From positions 186,001 through 250,000 of the forward strand of contig JBNRSN020000194.1 of NCBI GenBank assembly GCA_051313645.2: 64,000 bases of DNA, in the 5' to 3' direction. The DNA is from Centroscyllium fabricii. Its lineage: Eukaryota. The position numbers were made by a program, and so were the translations under genes. The notes under the pieces were generated by a model. It was not told where the DNA came from. It was given only the letters and a program-made list of their open reading frames with translations, and did not search any database. The number at the start of each line of letters is the position of its first letter. Position 1 is the stretch's first letter. Of the stretch, positions 14,327 to 29,615 are shown in pieces.

Positions 14327-17300
14327 GGAGTACCCGCCCCTGACTGAGAATACCTGAGGCCCCCGGCATGACTGAGAATACTCGGAGCTCCCGCCCCTGA
14401 CTGAGTATACTCGGAGCACACGCCCCTGACTGAGAATTCTCGGAGCACACACCCCTGACTGAGAATATTGAGAGCACCCACCCCTGACTGAGAATACTGA
14501 GAGCACCCGCACCTGACTGAGAATACTGAGAGCACCCGCCCCAGACTGAGAATACTGAGAGCACCCGCCCCGAACTGAGAATACTGAGAGCACCCGCCCC
14601 TGACTGAGAATACTGAGAGCACCCGCCCCTGACTGAGAAAACTGTGAGCACCCGCCCCGGACTGAGAATACTCGGAGCACCCGCGTCTGACTGAGAATAC
14701 TCGGAGCTCCCGCCACTGACTCAGAATACTGAGAGCACACGCCTCTGACTGAGAATACTCGGAGCATCCGCCACTGACTGAGAAAAATGAGAGCACCCGC
14801 CCCTGACTAAGAATACGGAGAGCACCCGCCCCTGACTGAGAATACTCGGAGCACCCGCCCTTTACTGAGAATAGTGAGAGCACCCGTCCCTGACTGAGAA
14901 TAATCGGAGTACCCGCCCCTGACTGAGAATACTCGGAGTACCTGCCCCTGACTGAGAATACTCGAAGCACCTGCCCCTGACTGAGAATACTTGGAGCACC
15001 CGCGCCTGACTGACAATACTCAGAGCACACGCCCCTGACTGGGAATACTGAGAGCACCCACCCCTGACTGAGAATACTCAGAGCCCTTGCCTCTGACTGA
15101 AAATACTCGGAACACTCGCTCGTGACTGAGGATACTCGGAGTACCCGCCCCTGACTCAGAGTACTGAGAGCACCCACCCCTGACTCAGAATACTGGGAGC
15201 ACCCGCCCATGACTCAGAATACTCAGAGCACTCGCCCCTGACTGAGAATACTCGGAGCACCCACCGCTGACTGAGAATACTTGGAGCACCATCCCTGAAT
15301 GAGAATACTCGGAGCACTCGCCCCTGACTGAGAATACTGGGAGCACACACCCCTTCTGAGAATACTCAGAGCTCCCGCCCCTGACTGAGTATACTAGGAG
15401 CACCCGCCCCTGACTGATAATACTCGGAGCACACACCACTGACTGAGAATACTTGGAGCACCCGCCCCTGACTGAGAATATTCAGAGCACTCGCCCCTGA
15501 CTAAGAATACTGAGAGCACCCGCCCCTGACTGAGGATACTCAGAGCACCCACCCCTGACTTAGAATACTGAGAGCACCCGCACCTGGCTGAGAATACTGA
15601 GACTACCCGCCCCTGACTTAGAATACTCAGAGCATATGCCACTGACTGTGAATACTCAGAGCACACACCCCTGACTGAGAATACTCGGAGCACACGCCCC
15701 TGAATGAGATTTTTCGGAGCACCTGCCCCTGACTGAGAATACTGAGGTCACCTGCCGCTGACTGAGAATACTCAGAGCACCCGCACCTTAATGAGAATAC
15801 TCAGAGCACCCGCCCCTGACTGAGAATACTCAGAACACCCGCACCTGACTGAGAATACTCAGATCACCCGCCACTGATTGAATATACTCGGAGCACCCGC
15901 CCCTGACTGATAATTCTAGGAGCACACACCCCTTACTGAGAATACTGAGAGCACACATCCCTGACTGAGAATATTCAGAGCTCCCGCCACTGACTGAATA
16001 TACTAGGAGCACCCGTCCCTGACTGAGAATACTCGGAGCACACACCCCTGACTGAGAATAGTTGGAGCAACCGCCCCTGACTGAGAATATTCGGAGCACT
16101 CGCCCCTGACTGAGAATACTCAGAGCACTCGCCCCTGACAGAGAATACTCGGAGTAACCACCGCTGACTGAGAATACTTGGAGCATCCGCCCCTGAATGA
16201 GACTACTCGGAGCACCCGCCCCTGACTGAGAATTATCGGAGCACCCACCCCTGACTGATCCTACTCGGAGTACCCGCCCCTGACTGAGAATACCTGAGGC
16301 ACCCGGCGTGACTGAGAATACTCGGAGTTCCCACCCCTGACTGAGTATACTCGGAGCACACCCCCCTGACTGAGAATACTCGGAGCTCCCGCCCCTGACT
16401 GAGTATACTCGGAGCAGCCTCCCCTGACTGAGAATTCTCGGAGCACACACCCCTGACTGAGAATATTGAGAGCACCCGCCCCTGACTGAGAACACTGAGA
16501 GCACCCGCCCCTGACTGAGAATACTGAGAGCACCCGCCCCTGACTGAGAATACTGAGAGCACGCGCCCCTGACTGAGAATACTCGGAGCACCCGCCCCTG
16601 ACTGAGAATACTCGGAGCACCCGCCTCTGACTGAGAATACTCGGAGCTCCCGCCTCTGACTCAGAATATTGAGAGCACCCGCCCCTGACTGAGAATATTC
16701 GGAGCACCCGCCCATGACTGAGAATAATGCGAGCACACGCCCCTGACTAAGAATACTGAGAGCACCCGCACCTGACTGAGAATTTTCAGAGTACCCGCCC
16801 TTTACTGAGAATAGTGAGAGCACCCGCCCCTGACTGAGAATAATCGGAGTACCCGCCCCTGAATGAGAATACTCGGAGTACCTGCCCCTGACTGTGAATA
16901 CTCGGAGCACCTGCCCCTGACTGAGAATTCTTGGAGCACCCGCACCTGACTGAGAATACTCAGAGCACTCGCCCCTGACTGAGAATACTGAGAGCACCCG
17001 CCCCTGACTGAGAATACTCAGAGCCCTCGCCTCTGACTGAAAATACTCGGAGCAATCGCCCGTGACTGAGGATACTCGGAGTACCCGCCCCTGACTCAGA
17101 ATACTGAGAGCACCCGCCCCTGACTCAGAATACTCAGAGTACTCGCCGCTGACTGAGAATACTTGGAGCACCAACCCCTGAATGAGAATACTCGGAGCAC
17201 TCGCGCCTGACTGAGAATACTGGGAGCACACACCCCTTCTGAGAATACACAGAGCTCCCGCCCCTGACTGAGTATACTCGAAGCACCAGCCCCTGACTGA

Positions 17301-20300
17301 TAATACTCGGAGCACACACCCCAGACAGAGAATACTTGGAGCACCCGCCCCTGACAGAGAATATTCAGAGCACTTGCCCCTGACTGAGAATACTGAGAGC
17401 ACCCGCCCCTGACTGAGGATACTCAGAGCACCCACCCCTGACTGAGAATAGTGAGATCACCCGCAACTGGCTGAGAATACTGAGACCACCCGCCCCTGAC
17501 TTAGAATACTCAGAGCATACGCCACTGACTGTGAATACTCAGAGCACACACACCTGACTGAGAATACTCGGAGCACCTGTCCCTGAATGAGATTATTCGG
17601 AGCACCCGCCCCTGACTACCCGCCGCTGACTGAGAATACTCAGAGCACCCGCCCCTTAATGAGAATACTCAGAACACCCGCACCTGACTGAGAATACTCA
17701 GATCACCTGCCTCTGAATGAGAATACTCAGAGCACCCGCCCATGACTGAGAATACTCCGAGCACCCACCCATGACTGAGAATACTTGGAGTATCAGCCCG
17801 TGACTGAGAATACTCGGAGCACTCGCCCCTGACTGAAAATTTTCGGAGCACCCGCCCCTGACTGAGAATACTCGGAGCACACACCCCTGACTCAGAATAC
17901 TTGGAGCACCAACCCCTGAATGAGAATAGTCGGTGCACTCGCCCATGACTGAGAATACTGGAAGCACACACCCCTTACTGAGAATGCTGAGAGCACACAT
18001 CCCTGACTGAGAATACTCAGAGCTCCCGCCCCTCACTGAATATACTTGGAGCACACGCCTGTGACTGAGATTACTCGGAGCACACACACCTGACTGAGAA
18101 TAGTTGGAGCACCCGCCCCTGACAGAGAATATTCGGAGAACTCGCCCCTGACTGAGAATACTCGGAGCACCCACCGCTGACTGAGAATACTTGGAGTACC
18201 CGCCCCTGACTGAGAATACCTGAGGCCCCCGGCATGACTGAGAATACTCGGAGCTCCCGCCCCTGACTGAGTATACTCGGAGCACACGCCCCTGACTGAG
18301 AATTCTCGGAGCACACACCCCTGACTGAGAATATTGAGAGCACCCACCCCTGACTGAGAATACTGAGAGCACCCGCACCTGACTGAGAATACTGAGAGCA
18401 CCCGCCCCAGACTGAGAATACTGAGAGCACCCGCCCCGGACTGAGAATACTGAGAGCACCCGCCCCTGACTGAGAATACTGAGAGCACCCGCCCCTGACT
18501 GAGAATACTGTGAGCACCCGCCCCGGACTGAGAATACTCGGAGCACCCGCGTCTGACTGAGAATACTCGGAGCTCCCGCCACTGACTCAGAATACTGAGA
18601 GCACACGCCTCTGACTGAGAATACTCGGAGCATCCGCCACTGACTGAGAAAAATGAGAGCACCCGCCCCTGACTAAGAATACGGAGAGCACCCGCCCCTG
18701 ACTGAGAATACTCGGAGCACCCGCCCTTTACTGAGAATAGTGAGAGCACCCGTCCCTGACTGAGAATAATCGGAGTACCCGCCCCTGACTGAGAATACTC
18801 GGAGTACCTGCCCCTGACTGAGAATACTCAAAGCACCTGCCCCTGACTGAGAATACTTGGAGCACCCGCGCCTGACTGACAATACTCAGAGCACACGCCC
18901 CTGACTGGGAATACTGAGAGCACCCACCCCTGACTGAGAATACTCAGAGCCCTTGCCTCTGACTGAAAATACTCGGAACACTCGCTCGTGACTGAGGATA
19001 CTCGGAGTACCCGCCCCTGACTCAGAGTACTGAGAGCACCCACCCCTGACTCAGAATACTGGGAGCACCCGCCCATGACTCAGAATACTCAGAGCACTCG
19101 CCCCTGACTGAGAATACTCGGAGCACCCACCGCTGACTGAGAATACTTGGAGCACCATCCCTGAATGAGAATACTCGGAGCACTCGCCCCTGACTGAGAA
19201 TACTGGGAGCACACACCCCTTCTGAGAATACTCAGAGCTCCCGCCCCTGACTGAGTATACTAGGAGCACCCGCCCCTGACTGATAATACTCGGAGCACAC
19301 ACCACTGACTGAGAATACTTGGAGCACCCGCCCCTGACTGAGAATATTCAGAGCACTCGCCCCTGACTAAGAATACTGAGAGCACCCGCCCCTGACTGAG
19401 GATACTCAGAGCACCCACCCCTGACTTAGAATACTGAGAGCACCCGCACCTGGCTGAGAATACTGAGACTACCCGCCCCTGACTTAGAATACTCAGAGCA
19501 TATGCCACTGACTGTGAATACTCAGAGCACACACCCCTGACTGAGAATACTCGGAGCACACGCCCCTGAATGAGATTTTTCGGAGCACCTGCCCCTGACT
19601 GAGAATACTGAGGTCACCTGCCGCTGACTGAGAATACTCAGAGCACCCGCACCTTAATGAGAATACTCAGAGCACCCGCCCCTGACTGAGAATACTCAGA
19701 ACACCCGCACCTGACTGAGAATACTCAGATCACCCGCCACTGATTGAATATACTCGGAGCACCCGCCCCTGACTGATAATTCTAGGAGCACACACCCCTT
19801 ACTGAGAATACTGAGAGCACACATCCCTGACTGAGAATATTCAGAGCTCCCGCCACTGACTGAATATACTAGGAGCACCCGCCCCTGACTGAGAATACTC
19901 GGAGCACACACCCCTGACTGAGAATAGTTGGAGCAACCGCCCCTGACTGAGAATATTCGGAGCACTCGCCCCTGACTGAGAATACTCAGAGCACTCGCCC
20001 CTGACAGAGAATACTCGGAGTAACCACCGCTGACTGAGAATACTTGGAGCATCCGCCCCTGAATGAGACTACTCGGAGCACCCGCCCCTGACTGAGAATT
20101 ATCGGAGCACCCACCCCTGACTGATCCTACTCGGAGTACCCGCCCCTGACTGAGAATACCTGAGGCACCCGGCGTGACTGAGAATACTCGGAGTTCCCAC
20201 CCCTGACTGAGTATACTCGGAGCACACCCCCCTGACTGAGAATACTCGGAGCTCCCGCCCCTGACTGAGTATACTCGGAGCAGCCTCCCCTGACTGAGAA

Positions 20301-23300
20301 TTCTCGGAGCACACACCCCTGACTGAGAATATTGAGAGCACCCGCCCCTGACTGAGAACACTGAGAGCACCCGCCCCTGACTGAGAATACTGAGAGCACC
20401 CGCCCCTGACTGAGAATACTGAGAGCACGCGCCCCTGACTGAGAATACTCGGAGCACCCGCCCCTGACTGAGAATACTCGGAGCACCCGCCTCTGACTGA
20501 GAATACTCGGAGCTCCCGCCTCTGACTCAGAATATTGAGAGCACCCGCCCCTGACTGAGAATATTCGGAGCACCCGCCCATGACTGAGAATAATGCGAGC
20601 ACACGCCCCTGACTAAGAATACTGAGAGCACCCGCACCTGACTGAGAATTTTCAGAGTACCCGCCCTTTACTGAGAATAGTGAGAGCACCCGCCCCTGAC
20701 TGAGAATAATCGGAGTACCCGCCCCTGAATGAGAATACTCGGAGTACCTGCCCCTGACTGTGAATACTCGGAGCACCTGCCCCTGACTGAGAATTCTTGG
20801 AGCACCCGCACCTGACTGAGAATACTCAGAGCACTCGCCCCTGACTGAGAATACTGAGAGCACCCGCCCCTGACTGAGAATACTCAGAGCCCTCGCCTCT
20901 GACTGAAAATACTCGGAACAATCGCCCGTGACTGAGGATACTCGGAGTACCCGCCCCTGACTCAGAATACTGAGAGCACCCGCCCCTGACTCAGAATACT
21001 CAGAGTACTCGCCGCTGACTGAGAATACTTGGAGCACCAACCCCTGAATGAGAATACTCGGAGCACTCGCGCCTGACTGAGAATAGTGGGAGCACACACC
21101 CCTTCTGAGAATACACAGAGCTCCCGCCCCTGACTGAGTATACTCGGAGCACCAGCCCCTGACTGATAATACTCGGAGCACACACCCCTGACAGAGAATA
21201 CTTGGAGCACCCGCCCCTGACAGAGAATATTCAGAGCACTTGCCCCTGACTGAGAATACTGAGAGCACCCGCCCCTGACTGAGGATACTCAGAGCACCCA
21301 CCCCTGACTGAGAATAGTGAGATCACCCGCAACTGGCTGAGAATACTGAGACCACCCGCCCCTGACTTAGAATACTCAGAGCATACGCCACTGACTGTGA
21401 ATACTCAGAGCACACACACCTGACTGAGAATACTCGGAGCACCTGTCCCTGAATGAGATTATTCGGAGCACCCGCCCCTGACTACCCGCCGCTGACTGAG
21501 AATACTCAGAGCACCCGCCCCTTAATGAGAATACTCAGAACACCCGCACCTGACTGAGAATACTCAGATCACCTGCCTCTGAATGAGAATACTCAGAGCA
21601 CCCGCCCATGACTGAGAATACTCCGAGCACCCACCCATGACTGAGAATACTTGGAGTATCAGCCCGTGACTGAGAATACTCGGAGCACTCGCCCCTGACT
21701 GAAAATTTTCGGAGCACCCGCCCCTGACTGAGAATACTCGAAGCACACACCCCTGACTCAGAATACTTGGAGCACCAACCCCTGAATGAGAATAGTCGGT
21801 GCACTCGCCCATGACTGAGAATACTGGAAGCACACACCCCTTACTGAGAATGCTGAGAGCACACATCCCTGACTGAGAATACTCAGAGCTCCCGCCCCTC
21901 ACTGAATATACTTGGAGCACCCGCCTGTGACTGAGATTACTCGGAGCACACACACCTGACTGAGAATAGTTGGAGCACCCGCCCCTGACAGAGAATATTC
22001 GGAGAACTCGCCCCTGACTGAGAATACTCGGAGCACCCACCGCTGACTGAGAATACTTGGAGTACCCGCCCCTGACTGAGAATACCTGAGGCCCCCGGCA
22101 TGACTGAGAATACTCGGAGCTCCCGCCCCTGACTGAGTATACTCAGAGCACACGCCCCTGACTGAGAATTCTCGGAGCACACACCCCTGACTGAGAATAT
22201 TGAGAGCACCCACCCCTGACTGAGAATACTGAGAGCACCCGCACCTGACTGAGAATACTGAGAGCACCCGCCCCAGACTGAGAATACTGAGAGCACCCGC
22301 CCCGGACTGAGAATACTGAGAGCACCCGCCCCTGACTGAGAATACTGAGAGCACCCGCCCCTGACTGAGAATACTGTGAGCACCCGCCCCGGACTGAGAA
22401 TACTCGGAGCACCCGCGTCTGACTGAGAATACTCGGAGGCTCCCGCCACTGACTCAGAATACTGAGAGCACACGGTCCTCTGACTGAGAATACTCGGAGC
22501 ATCCGCCACTGACTGAGAAAAATGAGAGCACCCGCCCCTGACTAAGAATAAGGAGAGCACCCGCCCCTGACTGAGAATACTCGGAGCACCCGCCCTTTAA
22601 CTGAGATTAGTGAGAGCACCCGTCCCTGACTGAGAATAATCGGAGTACCCGCCCCTGACTGAGAATACTCGGAGTACCTGCCCCTGACTGAGAATACTCA
22701 AAGCACCTGCCCCTGACTGAGAATACTTGGAGCACCCGCGCCTGACTGACAATACTCAGAGCACACGCCCCTGACTGGGAATACTGAGAGCACCCACCCC
22801 TGACTGAGAATACTCAGAGCCCTTGCCTCTGACTGAAAATACTCGGAACACTCGTTCGTGACTGAGGATACTCGGAGTACCCGCCCCTGACTCAGAATAC
22901 TGAGAGCACCCACCCCTGACTCAGAATACTGGGAGCACCCGCCCATGACTCAGAATACTCAGAGCACTCGCCCCTGACTGAGAATACTCGGAGCACCCCA
23001 CCGCTGACTGAGAATACTTGGAGCACCATCCCTGAATGAGAATACTCGGAGCACTCGCCCCTGACTGAGAATACTGGGAGCACACACCCCTTCTGAGAAT
23101 ACTCAGAGCTCCCGCCCCTGACTGAGTATACTAGGAGCACCCGCCCCTGACTGATAATACTCGGAGCACACACCACTGACTGAGAATACTTGGAGCACCC
23201 GCCCCTGACTGAGAATATTCAGAGCACTCGCCCCTGACTAAGAATACTGAGAGCACCCGCCCCTGACTGAGGATACTCAGAGCACCCACCCCTGACTTAG

Positions 23301-25927
23301 AATACTGAGAGCACCCGCACCTGGCTGAGAATACTGAGACTACCCGCCCCTGACTTAGAATACTCAGAGCATATGCCACTGACTGTGAATACTCAGAGCA
23401 CACACCCCTGACTGAGAATACTCGGAGCACACGCCCCTGAATGAGATTTTTCGGAGCACCTGCCCCTGACTGAGAATACTGAGGTCACCTGCCGCTGACT
23501 GAGAATACTCAGAGCACCCGCACCCTTAATGAGAATACTCAGAGCACCCGCCCCTGACTGAGAATACTCAGAACACCCGCACCTGACTGAGAATACTCAG
23601 ATCACCCGCCACTGATTGAATATACTCGGAGCACCCGCCCCTGACTGATAATTCTAGGAGCACACACCCCTTACTGAGAATACTGAGAGCACACATCCCT
23701 GACTGAGAATATTCAGAGCTCCCGCCACTGACTGAATATACTAGGAGCACCCGCCCCTGACTGAGAATACTCGGAGCACACACCCCCTGACTGAGAATAG
23801 TTGGAGCAACCGCCCCTGACTGAGAATATTCGGAGCACTCGGCCCCTGACTGAGAATACTCAGAGCACTCGCCCCTGACAGAGAATACTCGGAGTAACCA
23901 CCGCTGACTGAGAATACTTGGAGCATCCATGAGACTACTCGGAGCACCCGCCCCTGACTGAGAATTATCGGAGCACCCACCCCTGACTGATCCTACTCGG
24001 AGTACCCGCCCCTGACTGAGAATACCTGAGGCACCCGGCGTGACTGAGAATACTCGGAGTTCCCACCCCTGACTGAGTATACTCGGAGCACACCCCCCTG
24101 ACTGAGAATACTCGGAGCTCCCGCCCCTGACTGAGTATACTCGGAGCAGCCTCCCCTGACTGAGAATTCTCGGAGCACACACCCCTGACTGAGAATATTG
24201 AGAGCACCCGCCCCTGACTGAGAACACTGAGAGCACCCGCCCCTGACTGAGAATACTGAGAGCACCCGCCCCTGACTGAGAATACTGAGAGCACGCGCCC
24301 CTGACTGAGAATACTCGGAGCACCCGCCCCTGACTGAGAATACTCGGAGCACCCGCCTCTGACTGAGAATACTCGGAGCTCCCGCCTCTGACTCAGAATA
24401 TTGAGAGCACCCGCCCCTGACTGAGAATATTCGGAGCACCCGCCCATGACTGAGAATAATGCGAGCACACGCCCCTGACTAAGAATACTGAGAGCACCCG
24501 CACCTGACTGAGAATTTTCAGAGTACCCGCCCTTTACTGAGAATAGTGAGAGCACCCGCCCCTGACTGAGAATAATCGGAGTACCCGCCCCTGAATGAGA
24601 ATACTCGGAGTACCTGCCCCTGACTGTGAATACTCGGAGCACCTGCCCCTGACTGAGAATTCTTGGAGCACCCGCACCTGACTGAGAATACTCAGAGCAC
24701 TCGCCCCTGACTGAGAATACTGAGAGCACCCGCCCCTGACTGAGAATACTCAGAGCCCTCGCCTCTGACTGAAAATACTCGGAACAATCGCCCGTGACTG
24801 AGGATACTCGGAGTACCCGCCCCTGACTCAGAATACTGAGAGCACCCGCCCCTGACTCAGAATACTCAGAGTACTCGCCGCTGACTGAGAATACTTGGAG
24901 CACCAACCCCTGAATGAGAATACTCGGAGCACTCGCGCCTGACTGAGAATAGTGGGAGCACACACCCCTTCTGAGAATACACAGAGCTCCCGCCCCTGAC
25001 TGAGTATACTCGGAGCACCAGCCCCTGACTGATAATACTCGGAGCACACACCCCTGACAGAGAATACTTGGAGCACCCGCCCCTGACAGAGAATATTCAG
25101 AGCACTTGCCCCTGACTGAGAATACTGAGAGCACCCGCCCCTGACTGAGGATACTCAGAGCACCCACCCCTGACTGAGAATAGTGAGATCACCCGCAACT
25201 GGCTGAGAATACTGAGACCACCCGCCCCTGACTTAGAATACTCAGAGCATACGCCACTGACTGTGAATACTCAGAGCACACACACCTGACTGAGAATACT
25301 CGGAGCACCTGTCCCTGAATGAGATTATTCGGAGCACCCGCCCCTGACTACCCGCCGCTGACTGAGAATACTCAGAGCACCCGCCCCTTAATGAGAATAC
25401 TCAGAACACCCGCACCTGACTGAGAATACTCAGATCACCTGCCTCTGAATGAGAATACTCAGAGCACCCGCCCATGACTGAGAATACTCCGAGCACCCAC
25501 CCATGACTGAGAATACTTGGAGTATCAGCCCGTGACTGAGAATACTCGGAGCACTCGCCCCTGACTGAAAATTTTCGGAGCACCCGCCCCTGACTGAGAA
25601 TACTCGGAGCACACACCCCTGACTCAGAATACTTGGAGCACCAACCCCTGAATGAGAATAGTCGGTGCACTCGCCCATGACTGAGAATACTGGAAGCACA
25701 CACCCCTTACTGAGAATGCTGAGAGCACACATCCCTGACTGAGAATACTCAGAGCTCCCGCCCCTCACTGAATATACTTGGAGCACCCGCCTGTGACTGA
25801 GATTACTCGGAGCACACACACCTGACTGAGAATAGTTGGAGCACCCGCCCCTGACAGAGAATATTCGGAGAACTCGCCCCTGACTGAGAATACTCGGAGC
25901 ACCCACCGCTGACTGAGAATACTTGGA
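14327..25927. repeat. Three near-identical tandem copies of a ~3,866-bp higher-order unit (about 133 monomers)
   Basis: Near-identical variant strings and ORF translations recur at +3866 (16233/20099/23965; 17669/21535/25401; 14807/18673). Junctions are near 18193 and 22059. Boundaries are approximate. Confidence 0.92.
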
Positions 25928-28900
25928 GCACCCGACCCTGAATGAGAATACTCAGAGCACCCGCCCCTGACTGAGTATACTGAGAGCACCCGCCCCTGAC
26001 TGAGAATACTCGGAGCACCCGGCCCTGACTGAGAATACTCAGAGCACCCGCCCCTGACTTAGAATAATCGGAGCACCAGCTCCTGACTGAGGACACTCAG
26101 AGCACCCACCCATGATTCAGAATACTGAGAGCACACGCCCTGACTGAGAATACTGAGAGCACCCGCCCCTGACTGAGAATACTCGGAGCACACACACCTG
26201 ACTGAGAATTCTCAGAGCACATGCCCCTTACTCAGAATACTCAGAGCAGACACCCCTGACTGAGAATACTCGGAGCACTCGCCCATGACTGAGAATACTG
26301 GGACCACACACCCCTGACTGAGAATACTCGGATCACCCGCCCCGGACTGAGAATACTCAGAGAACCAGCCCCTGACTTAGAATTCACGGAGCACCCAGCC
26401 CTGACTGATACTACTCTGAGTACCCGCCCCTGACTGAGAATACCTGAGGCACCCGGCGTGATGAGAATACTCGGAGCTCCCACCCCTGACTGAGTATACT
26501 CGGAGCACCCGCCCCTGACTGAGAATACTCGGAGCACCCGCCTCTGACTGAGAATACTCAGAGCTCCCGCCCCTGACTCAGAATTCTGAGAGCACCCGCC
26601 CCTGACTGAGAATATTCAGAGCACCCGCCCCTGATTGAGAATAATGAGAGCACCCGCCCCTGACTAAGAATACTGAGAGCACCCGCCCCTGACTGAGAAT
26701 ATTCGGAGCACCCGCACTTTACTGAGAATAGTGAGAGCACCCGCTCCTGACTGAGAATAATCGGAGTACCCGCCCCTGACTGACAATACTCGGAGCACCT
26801 GCCCCTGACTGAGAATACTCGGAGCACCTGCCCCTGACTGAGAATACTTGGAGCACCCGCACAGGACTGAGAATACTCAGAGCACTCGCACCTGACTGAG
26901 AATACTGAGAGCACCCGCCCCTGACTGAGAATACTCAGAGCCCTCGCCTCTGACTGAAAATATTCGGAACAATCGCCCGTGACTGAGGGTACTCGGAGTA
27001 CCCGCCCCTGACTGAGAATACTGAGAGCACCCGCCCCTGACTCAGAATACTGAGAGCACCCGCACCTGACTCAGAATACTCAGAGCACTCGCTCCTGACT
27101 GAGAATACTCGGAGCACCCACCGCTGACTGAGAATACTTGGTGCACCAACCCCTGAATGAGAATTCTCGGAGCACTCGCCCCTGACTGAGAATACTGGGA
27201 GCACACACCCCTTCTGAGAATACTCAGAGATCCCGCCCCTGACTGAGTATACTCGGATGACCCGCCCCTGACTGATAATACTCGGAGCACACACCCCTGT
27301 CAGAGAATACTTGGAGCACCCGCCCCTGACTGAGAATATTCAGAGCACTCAACCCTGACTGAGAATACTGAGAGCACCCACCCCTGACTGAGGATACTCA
27401 GAGCACCCACCCCTGACTAAGAATACTGAGAGCACCCGCACCTGGCTGAGAATACTGAGACCACCCGCCCCTGACTTAGAATACTCAGAGCACACACCCC
27501 TGACTGAGAATACTCGGAGCACCCGCCCCTTAATGAGAATACTCAGAGCACCCGCCCCTGACTGAGAATACTCAGAACACCCGCACCTGACTGAGAATAC
27601 TCAGATCACCTGCCCCTGAATGAGAATACTCAGAGCACCCGCCCATGACTGAGAATACACCGAGCACCCACCCATGACTGAGAATAATTGGTGTACCAGC
27701 CCGTGACTGAGAATACTCGGAGCACTCGCCCCTGACTGTAAATTTTCGGAGCACCCGCCCCTGACTGAGAATACTCGGAGCACACATCCCTGACTCAGAA
27801 TACTTGGAGCACCAACCCCTGAATGAGAATAGTCGGTGCACTCGCCCCTGACTGAGAATACTGGGAGCACACACCCCTTACTGAGAATACTGAGAGCACA
27901 CATCCCAGACTGAGAATACTCAGAGCTCCTGCCCCTGACTGAGAATACTCGGAGCACCCGGCCCTGACTGAGAATACTCGGAGCACCCGCCATTGACTTA
28001 GAATAATTGGAGCACCCGCCCCTGACTGAGGATACTCAGAGCACCCACCCCTGACTGAGAATACTGAGAGCACCCGCCCTGACTGACAATACTAAGAGCA
28101 CCCGCCCCTGACTGAGAATACTCGGAGTACACACCCCTGACTGAGAATTCTCAGAGCATCTGCCCCTTACTCAGAATACTCGGAGCAGACACCCCTGACT
28201 GAGAATACTCGGAGCACTCGCCCATGACTGAGAATACTGGGAGCACACACCCCTTACTGAGAATACTCGGATCACCCGCCTCTGACTGAGAATACTCGGA
28301 GCACCCGCCACTGACTGAGAATACTCGGAGCACCCAGCATTGACTGATACTACTCGGAGTACCCGCCCCTGACTGAGAATACCTGAGGATCCCGGCGTGA
28401 TGTGAATACTCGGAGCTCCCACCCCTGTCTGTGTATACTCAGAGCACCCGCCCCTGACTGAGAATACTCGGAGCTCCCGCCCCTGACTGAGTATACTCGG
28501 AGCACCCGCCCCTGACTGAGAATACTCATGGCACACACCACTGACTGAGAATACTTGGAGCACCCGCGCCTGACTGAGAATATTCGGAGCACTCGCCCCT
28601 GACTGAGAATACTGAGAGCACCCGCCCCTGACTGAGGATACTCAGAGCACCCACCCCTGACTGAGAATAATGAGAGCACCCGCACCTGACTGAGAATACT
28701 GAGAGCACCTGCCCCTGACTGAGAATACTGAGAGCACCCGCCCCTGACTGAGAATACTGATAGCACTCGCCCCTGACTGAGGATACTGTGAGCACCCGCC
28801 CCTGACTGAGAATACTCGGAGCACCCGCCTCTGACTGAGAATACTCGGAGATCCCGCCCCTGACTAAGAATACTGAGAGCACTCGCCCGTGACTGAGGAT

Positions 28901-29615
28901 ATTCGGAGTACCCGCCCCTGACTTAGAATAATCGGAGCACCAGCCCATGACTGAGGATACTAAGAGCACCCACCCCGACTGAGAATACTGAGAACACCCG
29001 CACCTGACTGAGAATACTGAGAGCACCCGCCCCTGACTCAGAATACTCAGAGCACTCGCCCCTGACTGAGAATAATCGGAGCACCCACCGCTGACAGAGA
29101 ATACTTGGAGCACCAACCCCTGAATGAGAATACTCGGAGCACTCACCCCTGACTGATAATACTGGGAGCACACACCCCTTCTGAGAATACTCAGATCTCC
29201 TGCCCCTGACTGAGTATACTCGGAGCACCCGCCCCTGACTGATAATACTCGGAGCACACACCCCTGACTGAGAATACTTGGAGCACCCGCACCTGACTGA
29301 GAATATTCAGAGCACTCGCCCCTGACTAAGAATACTGAGAGCACTCGCCCCTGACTGAGGATACTCAGAGCACCCACCCCGTCTGAGAATACTGAGAGAA
29401 CCCGCACATGGCTGAGAATACTGAGACCACCCGCCCCTGACTTAGAATACTCAGAGCATACGCACCTGACTGTAAATACTCAGAGCACACAACGCTGACT
29501 GAGAATACTCGGAGCATCCGCCCCTGAATGAGATTATTCGGAGCACCCGCCCCTGACTGAGAATACTGAGGTCATCCGCACCTGACTGAGAATACTCAGA
29601 GAATCCGACCCTTAA

